Shown piece after piece: positions 43,101 to 51,644 of a DNA stretch of 64,000 bases. The DNA is from Burkholderiaceae bacterium (GTDB lineage Bacteria > Pseudomonadota > Gammaproteobacteria > Burkholderiales > Burkholderiaceae_D). The notes under the pieces were generated by a model, which was given only the letters and a program-made list of their open reading frames with translations, ran no database searches and had not been told where the DNA came from. A program made the position numbers and the translations under genes. The stretch's first letter is position 1, and every line of letters starts with the position of its first letter. Location: contig DAIONG010000007.1 of the NCBI GenBank assembly GCA_036755305.1, positions 76,047-140,046 on the forward strand. The letters run 5' to 3'.

Positions 43101-43336
43101 ACAAGGGCGGCAACCTGCGCGCCCTGGTGCCGGCCACCGTGTATGCCGGCGGCAAGGCGACGGTGGCGGTGAGCTGGTCGGGCCTACCGGCCGGCAAGCG
43201 CTTCCTGGGCGGCGTGCGCCTGCTGGACAACACCGGCGCAGTCGGCTCGACCACCGTGCTGCAGGTGGAGACCAACGAGCCGCTGCCGAAGGCCGAACGT
43301 CCGCAACGGGTCAAGGCGCAGGATCCACGCCTCTGA
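40193..43336 (+). CDS. secreted subtilisin-like serine protease (S8A, with I9 propeptide and PA-domain insertion)
   Basis: 1047 aa with a signal peptide (ALAGLTMSAQA). The catalytic triad contexts are IGIVDGGIW (Asp), SHGTHTSTTAGG (His) and GTSMSAPHVAG (Ser). A PA-like insert (KVVICNRGENDRVDK) and long C-terminal beta-rich domains are present. Confidence 0.88.
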   Translation: MKLRPISAAILFALAGLTMSAQAAERRPYVVQLADKPIASYDGGVNGMAATQPRPGQRLNLNSASVQLYSGYLAQKKAAVRAAIGNAPLVHDYKVVLNGFSAMLTDAEVRALIGRSDVLAVTPDVPRELTTVSTRDFLKLTGPNGAWSKLGGVTEAGEDVIIGIVDGGIWPEHLSYADRVDADGKPTHDNSGSLAYSAPPSRWQGDCQTGEGFTTAHCNNKLIGAQYFDDTYLSVGRETHWSEFRSSPRDSLGGDVGEGSHGTHTSTTAGGNYGVDVTMAGVDIGEMSGVAPRARLASYKVCWTYVDPSVTIGRRNSCYVGDSVAAIEKAVADGVHVINFSISGGTSLTDPVEQAFFGAANAGVVAVASAGNDGPGNQVAHISPWHTTVGASTHNREFQATVTLGNGQRYTGASMNTEPLPAEELVDASTVGLSGANAARLAFCYSASFNGGQALLDPAKVAGKVVICNRGENDRVDKSRAVREAGGVGMIQVDNGAGLVADMHSVPSVHVTAADGQRIRSYAAASAANATAAISKFVVGASALNAPIMAAFSSRGPNRADPNVLKPDVTAPGVDIIAGGTPGLTQEQHDDIVNGTLVPPVEFVSMQGTSMSAPHVAGLSALLRQKHPSWTPAMIKSALMTTATDTFPDAQQGDLRGILPFAQGAGHVNPTAALDPGLVYDIGEADYRKYLCGAGVAGQCAGGQIPGYDLNLASIAVGNVLGSVTINRSVTNVSTTASSFTSQISVPGYTAVVSPATLSIEPGQTRPFTVTLTRNGAPENAWQYGTLTWTGGGHTVRSPVIARSGRSVIAPTFISSDRASGSKAMSISTGVAGKISAVTGGLKEIVRTANSISAAPAGSIESLAAMTDACARGLYGARVVPVTFTADTVAAQFELFDRDTGAQGGDDLDLLLLNSANQLVAYSATFGSDETIALAAPPAGNYRLCTLAYETASGGSTTYGLHSVVVNTSDKGGNLRALVPATVYAGGKATVAVSWSGLPAGKRFLGGVRLLDNTGAVGSTTVLQVETNEPLPKAERPQRVKAQDPRL

Positions 43337-43348
43337 TCTCCGAAAGAT

Positions 43349-43403
43349 GCGGGGCTTCGGCCCCGCCGAAAACGCAAAGCGCGCCGATGGCGCGCTTTTT
43401 TTT
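43349..43403 (+). terminator. tandem hairpins / intrinsic terminator after the protease gene
   Basis: The first hairpin is GCGGGGC-TTCG-GCCCCGC (43349-43366). The second is AGCGCGCC-GAT-GGCGCGCT followed by a T-run (43378-43403). Confidence 0.8.
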
Positions 43404-43421
43404 AACAAGCCAGAAAAGGAA

Positions 43422-43841
43422 TCAGGCTGCCGGCGAAACCGAACCCAGCTGACAGGCGCCAGCCACGCAGACCGCGCCCGGATCTGGACGGTGGATGCAG
43501 ATCGACATTTCACCGGTACGCTGGATCTCGGCCTGGCGCTCGGTCTTGGAACGCTCGGCCAGGGCCAGCAAGGCCTTTTCGTCGGTCTTCGCGGTCGAGT
43601 ACGGCAGGTATTCCTGCGGGCCGCCGCAGGCCAGCGCGCCGACCGGCAGCGAGCGGCATTGCGCGTTATCGCTGCAGGCGGGCGAGCCGATCAGGCGCTT
43701 GATCTCGGACACGGTGGCGCCGGGCTGGAGCGCCACGACGGGCGGCGCCCCTTCCTTGACGGGCGGCTGGACCGGATCATGGGCCTGGGTGGTGCAGGCG
43801 GCGGTCGCGCCGAACAGGAGGATGAGGATGAGTTTTTTCAT
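43422..43841 (-). CDS. Cys-rich lipoprotein, function unknown
   Basis: ORF track end is 43904. I chose the ATG at 43839-43841 (MKKLILILLFGATAAC lipobox). Six further Cys residues occur in the roughly 120-aa mature protein. Confidence 0.6.
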   Translation of the reverse strand: MKKLILILLFGATAACTTQAHDPVQPPVKEGAPPVVALQPGATVSEIKRLIGSPACSDNAQCRSLPVGALACGGPQEYLPYSTAKTDEKALLALAERSKTERQAEIQRTGEMSICIHRPDPGAVCVAGACQLGSVSPAA

Positions 43842-44147
43842 GCCGCCATCTTCGCCCGCACCGGAACGATGGTCAAGCGGATCACATTGACCAACTGTTA
43901 CCAAATGTGACCTTGCGCTTGTCGCGCCGGTGTTACGGAACGGCGCGCTACGGCCAAATATTTCTCCTGACGCACGATCTATTTCCGCATGGATATATTT
44001 CTCATTTGCAGGAAAAAGTCGTAAACGTCGCGTATTCCATATTGATCCCAGCCCAACTTAAGCGTTCACTAATCTAAAAAATTGAGCGTAGGAAAAATTT
44101 ACTCACTACAATAGCGTTGTTACAGACGAGCTTGTTCGAGTTCACAA

Positions 44148-44486
44148 ATGACCATCCTGCGCACCATCTCCGCCCTCCTCCTCACGTTCTCCCTGGCAGC
44201 CTGCGGCGGCCAGTACGACATCGACACCTCCGTGCAAACGGCGGCGGCCACCACGGTCGGCAGCGCTGCACCGCAAGCGACGACGATCGCGGCGCCGGCT
44301 GCGGCGGAAGAGGTCCCGCTTGCCGGCAACCCTGCCGCTGTCACCGTCGCCTCCGCCACAATGCCGGCGCCCGACTGCGCCGCCGAAGGCTGCGCCGGCC
44401 TGCGCATCATCGACGGCAATGCCGAAGCCTGGCGCCTCGATGCCCAGCGCCGCGCAGCGCTCGAAGCCAGCCTGCCCCAAACCTGA
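44148..44486 (+). CDS. small lipoprotein, function unknown
   Basis: 112 aa with a lipobox (LLLTFSLAAC). It has an Ala/Thr-rich linker and a short C-terminal domain with a CAAEGC motif. Confidence 0.55.
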   Translation: MTILRTISALLLTFSLAACGGQYDIDTSVQTAAATTVGSAAPQATTIAAPAAAEEVPLAGNPAAVTVASATMPAPDCAAEGCAGLRIIDGNAEAWRLDAQRRAALEASLPQT

Positions 44487-44501
44487 ATCCGGATTCCAAC
44501 G

Positions 44502-45098
44502 TCAGCGCCCCTGCCGCAGGCGGCGCGTCGTAGCCAGCAGGAACAGGCCGCTCGCCACCAGCAGCCAGGCGCCCGGCTCCGGCACCTCGGCGACACTGGC
44601 AAACGCCCCGTCCACCAGCTGCCGCTCGACCGGCTGGCCGGCCACCAGGTTCAGTTCGATCACATTACCGTCCGCGCCCAGGTAATTGAAGGCTTCGTCG
44701 ATGAAGGCGACGCTGAACACGGCGCCGTGATCGCCGCCACCCAGCTCGAAGCCGACGTCGAAGCTGAACAGGCCGCCGAACGTGACCAACTGGTCAAAGA
44801 AATTCAACTCCGGTCCATTGCGCAGGACGACGCCGTTCACGACATCGCCGCTGACGTCGCCCGACGGCGCCAACACGCCGCCGTCCAGGAAGGCGCCGCT
44901 GAAGTTGCTGACGCGGGCCACCGTTGGCGCCGCATCGAGCGGACCATTCAGGCCCAGGTCGAGATAGCCGACCGTGCCGGCCAGGGCCGACGTGTCGAGC
45001 GAGACCCGGTACATCGGACCGGCCAGGGCCGCCGGGGCGCCGATCGCGATCGACAGCGCCAGCAAGGTGCGGAACAACAGAGAGGTGAAACGCGACAT
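44502..45098 (-). CDS. PEP-CTERM sorting-domain protein (function unknown)
   Basis: ORF track end is 45566. I chose the ATG at 45096-45098 (MSRFTSLLFRTLLALSIAIGAPAALA signal). The C-terminus is VPEPGAWLLVASGLFLLATTRRLRQGR. It starts 11 nt after the nuclease stop codon. Confidence 0.82.
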   Translation of the reverse strand: MSRFTSLLFRTLLALSIAIGAPAALAGPMYRVSLDTSALAGTVGYLDLGLNGPLDAAPTVARVSNFSGAFLDGGVLAPSGDVSGDVVNGVVLRNGPELNFFDQLVTFGGLFSFDVGFELGGGDHGAVFSVAFIDEAFNYLGADGNVIELNLVAGQPVERQLVDGAFASVAEVPEPGAWLLVASGLFLLATTRRLRQGR

Positions 45099-45109
45099 GA
45101 TGTTTTCCT

Positions 45110-48064
45110 TTAGAACGAGCCGGAGACCAGCTGCGGCGTGTAGATGAAGTTGCGCTTGGCGCCATTCGTGAACGAGGTGGCGACGGTGACCGTGGCGCCC
45201 GGGGCGATGTTCGCTTGCGGCAGGGTGAGGTATGGCGCGCCCGCGTGCATGCCGGACGGCTGGTCGAGCGTGACGCCGCTTGGCAGGCCCTGCAGCACCA
45301 GGTGCAAAGGGCCGCTCAGGGTCTGGTCGCTCGTATTGGTGACGGTGACATTGCCGGTAGTCTTGCCCGTCGCGCGGTTGATGCTGAAGCCGCCGATCAC
45401 GATCTTGCTCGACGCCGTGACGTCGGTGGACGAGCCGGCCAGGTTCAAGCTGACCACCAGCGGATCGTGGTCCGAAGCGCGGTAGGCGTTCTTGCGATAC
45501 ACATCGGTGCCGGTGTTCTCGATGTTGTAATCGATGTCCTTCGGCTCGTCGGCATTGTTGTGCCACTCCGCCGCGCCCACCACCTGCGGCGCCAGCGAGC
45601 TGCTTGCCAGGACGTGGTCGAGCGAGCCGGCCAGGCCATTGAACACATAGGAGTACGGCATCGCATGCGGCCGCACGAACTGCTCGATCACATTGACCAT
45701 CGCGCCGGCGCCGGTCAGGTGATTGATCGGGCTCTCGAAGGCATAGGAATTCAAGTCACCCAGCACCAGCACGTCCGGATCCTTCGCCGCCGCAATCACC
45801 TGCGGGATGAAGAAACTGGTCAGGCGCCGGGCCTGGAGGACGCGGGTGGCGTCATAGCACCCCTGGCCGTAGCCCAGGTCGGCGTCGCCGCCGCTGGCTC
45901 CGCCGCAACCCTTCGATTTCAGGTGGTTGGCAATGACCGAGAACTTGCCGCCATTGGCAGCCATGAAGGTCTGCGCCATCGGCGGACGGTTGTTGATCTC
46001 GTGCCCATCGGACAGCGCGCGGCCCACCAGGGTCAGCTTCGACGGCTTGTAGATCATGGCGACGCGGATCGCATCGGTGCCCAGGGCGACCGGCGCCGGC
46101 ACCACGGCATAGGTGCCCGGCGCGGTGACGCGATTGATCTCGTCGACCAGATATCTGGCCGCGATGTCGCCATTGTTCTGGATTTCCATCAGGCCGACCA
46201 CGTCGGCGTTCAGCGCGGCCAGCGAAGCGACGATCTTGTCGCGCTGGCGGATGAATTCGGCCGCGTTGTCGGCGCCACGGCAATTGCCGGCGGACGTATT
46301 TGCGCCCAGCTGGCAACCCTGGCCCGACTTGCCCCAGGCATCGCCGCCATTGGTGAAGGTGGTGAAGAAGTTCAACACGTTGGCGGCCGCGACCTTGACG
46401 CCTTCCGGCAGCACCGGCGCCGGCTGGCGCTCGTTGGCGCGATCGATGACCGGGGCTTCGGTCGGCTGCAGCTTGAAGCCGGTGCTGGCGCCGCTACTGG
46501 CGCCGGTGGAACCGAAGTCGATCACGCCGGTCAGGTTATCGATCGTGTCGCCGGCGCGCACCGTGCCGTCCTCGGCCAGGTAAGGCATGGCGGCCGGTGC
46601 GCGGAACAGGCCGTCGTCCAGCACGATGCGGTTGGCCATGTGCTCGCGATAAAGTGCTTCGGCCTCGGGCGAACCCTGCGGGTAGCGGCTGGTCGGCTGC
46701 TCGCGGCGGCCGTTGGACAGGGTCAGCTCGCCGCGGTTGGCCAGGTCCCCATTGCCGTTGATGGTGAGCGTGTTGGTGAAACGCACCAGCATGCCTTCCA
46801 CGCTGGCCAGGTCGGTGCCCGGCAGCGTGATATTGGTCGGCACGATCGCCGGGCCGGCGCCCAGCGCGGTGATATTGGTGACGTCCTTGAATTCGGTATA
46901 GGTGCGCTCGGCGCCGTTCGGACGGAATTCAACCACCTGGCCGGTCACGCTGACCAGGGTGCCGACGGCGTGTGCGGTATCGAGGCCGTACACATAGATG
47001 CCGTCCGAGGTCGACGGGTCGCCATCGCCCTGTGGATCCTGGATGAAGAAGCCACCGTCGACCTTGGCGGTAATCACGCCGCGTGCAGTCTGCACGGTGT
47101 TGGCGTAGGGGCTGGTGTCGCCCGAGCCCTGGATCTGCGGAATGGTCAGGATGCCGGCCACGGCGACGTTGATGGTGCAGCTCTCGGTCTCGCCGGCGTC
47201 GTTGCCGAATTCGACCTGCACCGGATAGCGGCCGCCAGCCAGGGTATCGGCGATCTCCAGGCGCGCCTCGGCCTTGCCGCCGGCCGCAGCGGCCGGCGTG
47301 AAGCCGCCGAGGGTGATGCCGGTGACGCCGCCCGACACGATGCCGGCGCGGTTGACGATGGCGTCGCCATCGATCGCCGACAGCAGCGCCGACCCGCTGC
47401 GGCCCTGCTCGACCTGCACCGTTGCCGGGCAAGCCAGCACGATCGGCCTGGGCGCCGGGCTGGTGTCGCCGCAAGCCTGCAGCGGCGATGTGGTGGTGCG
47501 CGGGCCGACGACCGGCGCCAGCACGAAGTCGGCGCGGTTGTCGTCGCTGTCCTGGCAGCCGGCTGCGGCGCGCTGGAGCGAATTCTCGAGCGTCGGCGAC
47601 GGCGCCGGCGCGCCTTCGGACAGGTTGGCGCTGCCATAGCCGACCAGGTCGAGGATGCGGCTGCCGTCGCTGATGGCGACCTTGCCGGTCGCGCCAGCCA
47701 TATTGAAGCTCGGCGCCTGGACGTCGAAGTTGTCGATCGGGTTCCGTCCCTGGTCGCGAGCGCCGCGCAGCAGGAAATACTGGCCCGGAGCAAGCGTGAT
47801 CGACGGCAGCGCGGTGACGCTGCTCCAGCTGCTGCCGGAGGCAGACTGGTATTGCACGCGCATGCCGGCCAGGCTGACCGGCGCACTGCCACGGTTGTAC
47901 AGCTCGACGAAATCGTGACCGAAGTTGCTCGAGGTGCTGTGCGAGTGCGCATACAGCTGGTTGATGACGACGTCGGCGGCTTGGGCCGGCGCGCTGGCGG
48001 CAAGGCTGGCGATCAGGGTCGCCAGCAGCGTACGCCGCGGTGTGAATGTTGCAAAGGTGGTCAT
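45110..48064 (-). CDS. ExeM/NucH-family extracellular endonuclease (lamin-tail domain plus endonuclease/exonuclease/phosphatase domain)
   Basis: ORF track end is 48145. I chose the ATG at 48062-48064 (MTTFATFTPRRTLLATLIASLAASAPAQA signal). It has an LTD motif (VVINQLYAHS...FVELYNRGSAPVSLAGMRVQY), an EEP domain (VAAANVLNFF...GLMEIQNN...SDHDPLVV) and a C-terminal beta domain. Confidence 0.8.
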   Translation of the reverse strand: MTTFATFTPRRTLLATLIASLAASAPAQAADVVINQLYAHSHSTSSNFGHDFVELYNRGSAPVSLAGMRVQYQSASGSSWSSVTALPSITLAPGQYFLLRGARDQGRNPIDNFDVQAPSFNMAGATGKVAISDGSRILDLVGYGSANLSEGAPAPSPTLENSLQRAAAGCQDSDDNRADFVLAPVVGPRTTTSPLQACGDTSPAPRPIVLACPATVQVEQGRSGSALLSAIDGDAIVNRAGIVSGGVTGITLGGFTPAAAAGGKAEARLEIADTLAGGRYPVQVEFGNDAGETESCTINVAVAGILTIPQIQGSGDTSPYANTVQTARGVITAKVDGGFFIQDPQGDGDPSTSDGIYVYGLDTAHAVGTLVSVTGQVVEFRPNGAERTYTEFKDVTNITALGAGPAIVPTNITLPGTDLASVEGMLVRFTNTLTINGNGDLANRGELTLSNGRREQPTSRYPQGSPEAEALYREHMANRIVLDDGLFRAPAAMPYLAEDGTVRAGDTIDNLTGVIDFGSTGASSGASTGFKLQPTEAPVIDRANERQPAPVLPEGVKVAAANVLNFFTTFTNGGDAWGKSGQGCQLGANTSAGNCRGADNAAEFIRQRDKIVASLAALNADVVGLMEIQNNGDIAARYLVDEINRVTAPGTYAVVPAPVALGTDAIRVAMIYKPSKLTLVGRALSDGHEINNRPPMAQTFMAANGGKFSVIANHLKSKGCGGASGGDADLGYGQGCYDATRVLQARRLTSFFIPQVIAAAKDPDVLVLGDLNSYAFESPINHLTGAGAMVNVIEQFVRPHAMPYSYVFNGLAGSLDHVLASSSLAPQVVGAAEWHNNADEPKDIDYNIENTGTDVYRKNAYRASDHDPLVVSLNLAGSSTDVTASSKIVIGGFSINRATGKTTGNVTVTNTSDQTLSGPLHLVLQGLPSGVTLDQPSGMHAGAPYLTLPQANIAPGATVTVATSFTNGAKRNFIYTPQLVSGSF

Positions 48065-48261
48065 CGATTCCCCATTAGTTATCGCACAAGATGTGCCTGC
48101 CACATGTATTAGCAGAATGATAGTAAATGCGGATATTGACAACATGATGACCAGAAATTAGCCTCAAAGGGTAATTTCGAGCTTAGCGGCAGATCAACAA
48201 CGATGTGCCGACTTTCCGCAGAGAACTTCGCGGCAGTGCAGGGAAACTTTTGCGGAAGAAT

Positions 48262-48987
48262 TCAGCGCCGGCGGCGCCGCGCGGCCCAGGCGATCATGCC
48301 GAGGCCACCGGCCAGCAGCGCATATGTATGCGGTTCGGGCACCAGCGAAATGGCATAGACCTCGAGGGCCTCGACCCGCCTGAACTGACCGCCATAGGTG
48401 CCGTCGATGATGCTGCGGCCTTCGAAGTCTGGGTCGCCATAGCTGAGCTGCCAGGAGATGGAGGTGGTCAGCCGGTCGTCGACGAACAGGTCGGGCCCGG
48501 CGCCGAAGGTGGGACCGTGGTCGGGCCAGTTATAGGTCTGGCGCGAGCCCTGGCTGGGCAGGATGTGGTCGGTCAGCAGCTGGCGATGGACGGCCGGGTC
48601 GGTATAGTTGAAGAGGAAGCCGGTGCGCTGCCAGTCGCGCTCGGCGACGTGCCAGCCATCGACCGACGACCAGGCGCGCGGATTGTAGCCGCCCACCACC
48701 CAGCTGTTGCCGGCGTCGTTGGCGATGCGCATCAGGGTGAAGTTGCTGCCGCGCCCGTCAGCCGCTGCGTGAAAATCGAGCGAATCGTCGCCCGCCTGCC
48801 GCGTGTAGACGTTGTCGAGGTAGAGGGGGCCGGCCCCGAGCCAGCGTTCGAGCTGGCCCTGCAGGCTCTGGTCCAGCAGTGGCGCATCGGTCTGCGCCAT
48901 TGCCGGCGAGGCGAAGGCGCCGAGGACGGCGCCAAGGAAGGCAAGGCGTTTGCTTGCCTTGTTGCCCGCTGCGAGGATCTTGTTCAT
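48262..48987 (-). CDS. PEP-CTERM protein with a TLD(c)-like domain
   Basis: 241 aa with a signal peptide. The TLD-like core reads FHAAADGRGSNFTLMRI...WVVGGYNPRAWSS...GFLFNY. The C-terminus is VPEPHTYALLAGGLGMIAWAARRRRR. Confidence 0.7.
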   Translation of the reverse strand: MNKILAAGNKASKRLAFLGAVLGAFASPAMAQTDAPLLDQSLQGQLERWLGAGPLYLDNVYTRQAGDDSLDFHAAADGRGSNFTLMRIANDAGNSWVVGGYNPRAWSSVDGWHVAERDWQRTGFLFNYTDPAVHRQLLTDHILPSQGSRQTYNWPDHGPTFGAGPDLFVDDRLTTSISWQLSYGDPDFEGRSIIDGTYGGQFRRVEALEVYAISLVPEPHTYALLAGGLGMIAWAARRRRR

Positions 48988-49040
48988 GCAACGTCAGACT
49001 GGCCGTTGCAGGACAAGTTCCAGGCGCGCGGTCGGCGGTA

Positions 49041-50459
49041 TTACGCGCGCTTGTAGATATCCTCGAAGCGGACGATGTCGTCCTCGCCCAGGTAGCTGCC
49101 CGACTGCACTTCGATGATGTGCAGCGGCAGTTTGCCCGGGTTTTCCAGGCGGTGGTTCATGCCGATCGGGATATAGGTCGATTCGTTCTCGGACAGCAGG
49201 CTGACCGTGTCGCCGCAGGTCACGCGCGCGGTGCCCGACACCACGACCCAGTGCTCGGCGCGGTGATGATGCATCTGCAGCGACAGCTTCTCGCCCGGCT
49301 TGACCGTGATGCGCTTGACCTGGAAGCGGTCGCCCGCATCGATGCCCTCGTAGTGGCCCCATGGACGGTAGACGCGGGTATGGTGCAGGTGCTCGGTGCG
49401 TTCCTTCGAGGCCAGGTGTTCGACCACCTGCTTGACGCGCTGTACCTTGCTCTTGCAGGTGACCAGCACCGCATCCTGGGTCTCGACCACGACCACGTCT
49501 TCCAGGCCCACCACCGCCACGATGCGGCTTTCGGCGCGCACCAGCGAATTCTTGACGCCGTCCAGGTAGACGTCGCCGCGCTGGGCGTTGCCGTTGGCAT
49601 CCTTGGCCTGGGTTTCCCACAGGGCCGACCACGAACCGACGTCGTTCCAGCCGATATCGGCCGGCACCACGGCGGCGTCGCGGGTGTGTTCCATCACGGC
49701 GTAGTCGATCGAATCGGACGGGCAAGCCGAGAACGCGTTCTCGTCGAGGCGGCAGAAATCGAGGTCGCGGTAGGCCGCGTGCATCGCCTGGCTGGCGGCG
49801 CCGGCGATCGCCGGAGCATGCTGCTCCAGTTCTTGCAGGTAACGCGCGGCGGCGAACATGAACATGCCGCTGTTCCAGTAGTAGCCGCCTTCGGCCAGGA
49901 AGCCTTCGGCGGTAGCCGCATCGGGCTTCTCGACGAAGCGCGCCACCTTGTAGCATTCGCCGCAGTCGTCCACCGCCTCGCCGCGGCGGATATAGCCGTA
50001 GCCGGTTTCCGGGGTCTTGGGCACGATGCCGAAGGTGGCCAGGGCGCCCTTGGCCACCAGGCGGGTGGCGCGGTCGACCGCTTCACGGAAGGCTTCGCCA
50101 TTCTCGATCACGTGGTCGGCCGGCAGCACCAGCATGACGGCCTCTGGGTCGATCGCCTGCAGGTGATGGGCGGCGGCGGCCACGGCCGGCGCCGTGTTGC
50201 GGCCGACCGGCTCGAGCAGGATGCCCAGCGGCGTGATGCCCACTTCACGCAATTGCTCAGCCACCATGAAACGGTGGTCATTGCCGCACACCACGAGCGG
50301 CGCCATCATCTCCGGCCAGCCGGCCACGCGCAAGGCAGTTTCCTGCAGCATGGTCTTGTCGGCAACCAGCGGCAGCAACTGCTTCGGCAGGACCTTGCGC
50401 GACAAGGGCCACAGGCGGGTGCCGGCGCCGCCGGAGAGGATGACTGGATAGATCTTCAT
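49041..50459 (-). CDS. manC: bifunctional mannose-1-phosphate guanylyltransferase / mannose-6-phosphate isomerase (type II PMI-GMP)
   Basis: ORF track end is 50549. I chose the ATG at 50457-50459 (MKIYPVILSGGAGTRLWPLSR...). The C-terminal cupin PMI domain contains HHRAEHWVVVSGTA. Confidence 0.88.
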   Translation of the reverse strand: MKIYPVILSGGAGTRLWPLSRKVLPKQLLPLVADKTMLQETALRVAGWPEMMAPLVVCGNDHRFMVAEQLREVGITPLGILLEPVGRNTAPAVAAAAHHLQAIDPEAVMLVLPADHVIENGEAFREAVDRATRLVAKGALATFGIVPKTPETGYGYIRRGEAVDDCGECYKVARFVEKPDAATAEGFLAEGGYYWNSGMFMFAAARYLQELEQHAPAIAGAASQAMHAAYRDLDFCRLDENAFSACPSDSIDYAVMEHTRDAAVVPADIGWNDVGSWSALWETQAKDANGNAQRGDVYLDGVKNSLVRAESRIVAVVGLEDVVVVETQDAVLVTCKSKVQRVKQVVEHLASKERTEHLHHTRVYRPWGHYEGIDAGDRFQVKRITVKPGEKLSLQMHHHRAEHWVVVSGTARVTCGDTVSLLSENESTYIPIGMNHRLENPGKLPLHIIEVQSGSYLGEDDIVRFEDIYKRA

Positions 50460-51628
50460 GCGCTGACTTTCTCTTTCTCTAACTCGTTGGTATCCTGATC
50501 CACGACTTCCTTGCGCCGGGAACGGCGACGGTCGCGTGCATTGAGCCACTCCTGCGAGGAATACTCGGAGGCGTGCTTCATGTCGCCTTTTCGGTCGACA
50601 CTATATTCCTTAAAGACAATCATTTCATTCAATGTTACATCATGCAACACGCGTGTGTATTCGAACAGCACGCTGCGCACGATTTCGGCGCCTTCGCAGA
50701 TGTGGCTGCCATGACCGATCCAGGTCGGGCCCACGATGCGGGCGCCGGCCTCTACTTTAACCCCGGAACCGATGTAGACGGGTCCCTCGATGGTCGTACC
50801 TTCCCAGTCGATGCTGGTGTTCAGGCCCACCCAGACCCCCGGCTTGATCTGGATGCCCGGCACGTCCATGTGGTTGACTTCGCCGGTGATGACCGACTGC
50901 AGCACTTCCCAGTAGTCGCCCATGGTGCCGATGTCGAGCCAGTTGAACGGGCGGCCCTGGGCGTAGAACGGCAGGCCGCGCTCGGCCAGCAGCGGGAACA
51001 GTTCGGAGCCGATATCGAACGGCCGGCCCGACGGAATCAGGTCGATGACTTCCGGCTCGAAGATATAGATGCCGGTGGAAATGAAATTGGATTTCGCTTC
51101 TTGCTCGCTGGGCTTTTCCTGGAATTCCAGGATGCGGCCCTGCTCGTCCGAGACCACCACGCCGTAGGACGATACCTTGTCCCATGGCACCTCTTTCGTG
51201 ATGACGGTGGCCATCGCGCCCTTGCGGCGGTGTTCCAGCAGCGCCGCCTTGAGGTCGAGGTCGATCAGGGCGTCGCCGCACAGCACCACGGTGGTGTCGT
51301 CGAAGAAGCCGCCGAATTCCTGGATTTTCTTCATGCCGCCGGCCGAGCCGATCGGTTCGGGGACGACTTCGCCATCATCCTTGGTATACCCCTCGAAGGA
51401 GTAGCCGATCTGGACGCCGAACTGCTCGCCTTCGCCGAAATACTCTTCGATTTTTTCGTGCAGCCAGCTGACGTTGACCATGATTTCGGACACACCATGC
51501 TTCTTGAGGTGTTCGACGAGGTAGGCCATCACGGGTTTGCCCAGAATCGGGATCATGGGTTTTGGCAGGTCATAGGTGAGCGGACGAACGCGGGTGCCCT
51601 TGCCTGCGGCGAGAATCATGGCTTTCAT
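50456..51628 (-). CDS. NDP-sugar pyrophosphorylase (nucleotidyltransferase plus left-handed beta-helix domain)
   Basis: ORF track end is 51844. I chose the ATG at 51626-51628 (MKAMILAAGKGTRVRPLTYDLPKPM...). 390 aa with a charged C-terminal tail. The stop codon overlaps the manC start. Confidence 0.82.
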   Translation of the reverse strand: MKAMILAAGKGTRVRPLTYDLPKPMIPILGKPVMAYLVEHLKKHGVSEIMVNVSWLHEKIEEYFGEGEQFGVQIGYSFEGYTKDDGEVVPEPIGSAGGMKKIQEFGGFFDDTTVVLCGDALIDLDLKAALLEHRRKGAMATVITKEVPWDKVSSYGVVVSDEQGRILEFQEKPSEQEAKSNFISTGIYIFEPEVIDLIPSGRPFDIGSELFPLLAERGLPFYAQGRPFNWLDIGTMGDYWEVLQSVITGEVNHMDVPGIQIKPGVWVGLNTSIDWEGTTIEGPVYIGSGVKVEAGARIVGPTWIGHGSHICEGAEIVRSVLFEYTRVLHDVTLNEMIVFKEYSVDRKGDMKHASEYSSQEWLNARDRRRSRRKEVVDQDTNELEKEKVSA

Positions 51629-51644
51629 TAGACTATCCTTTAGA

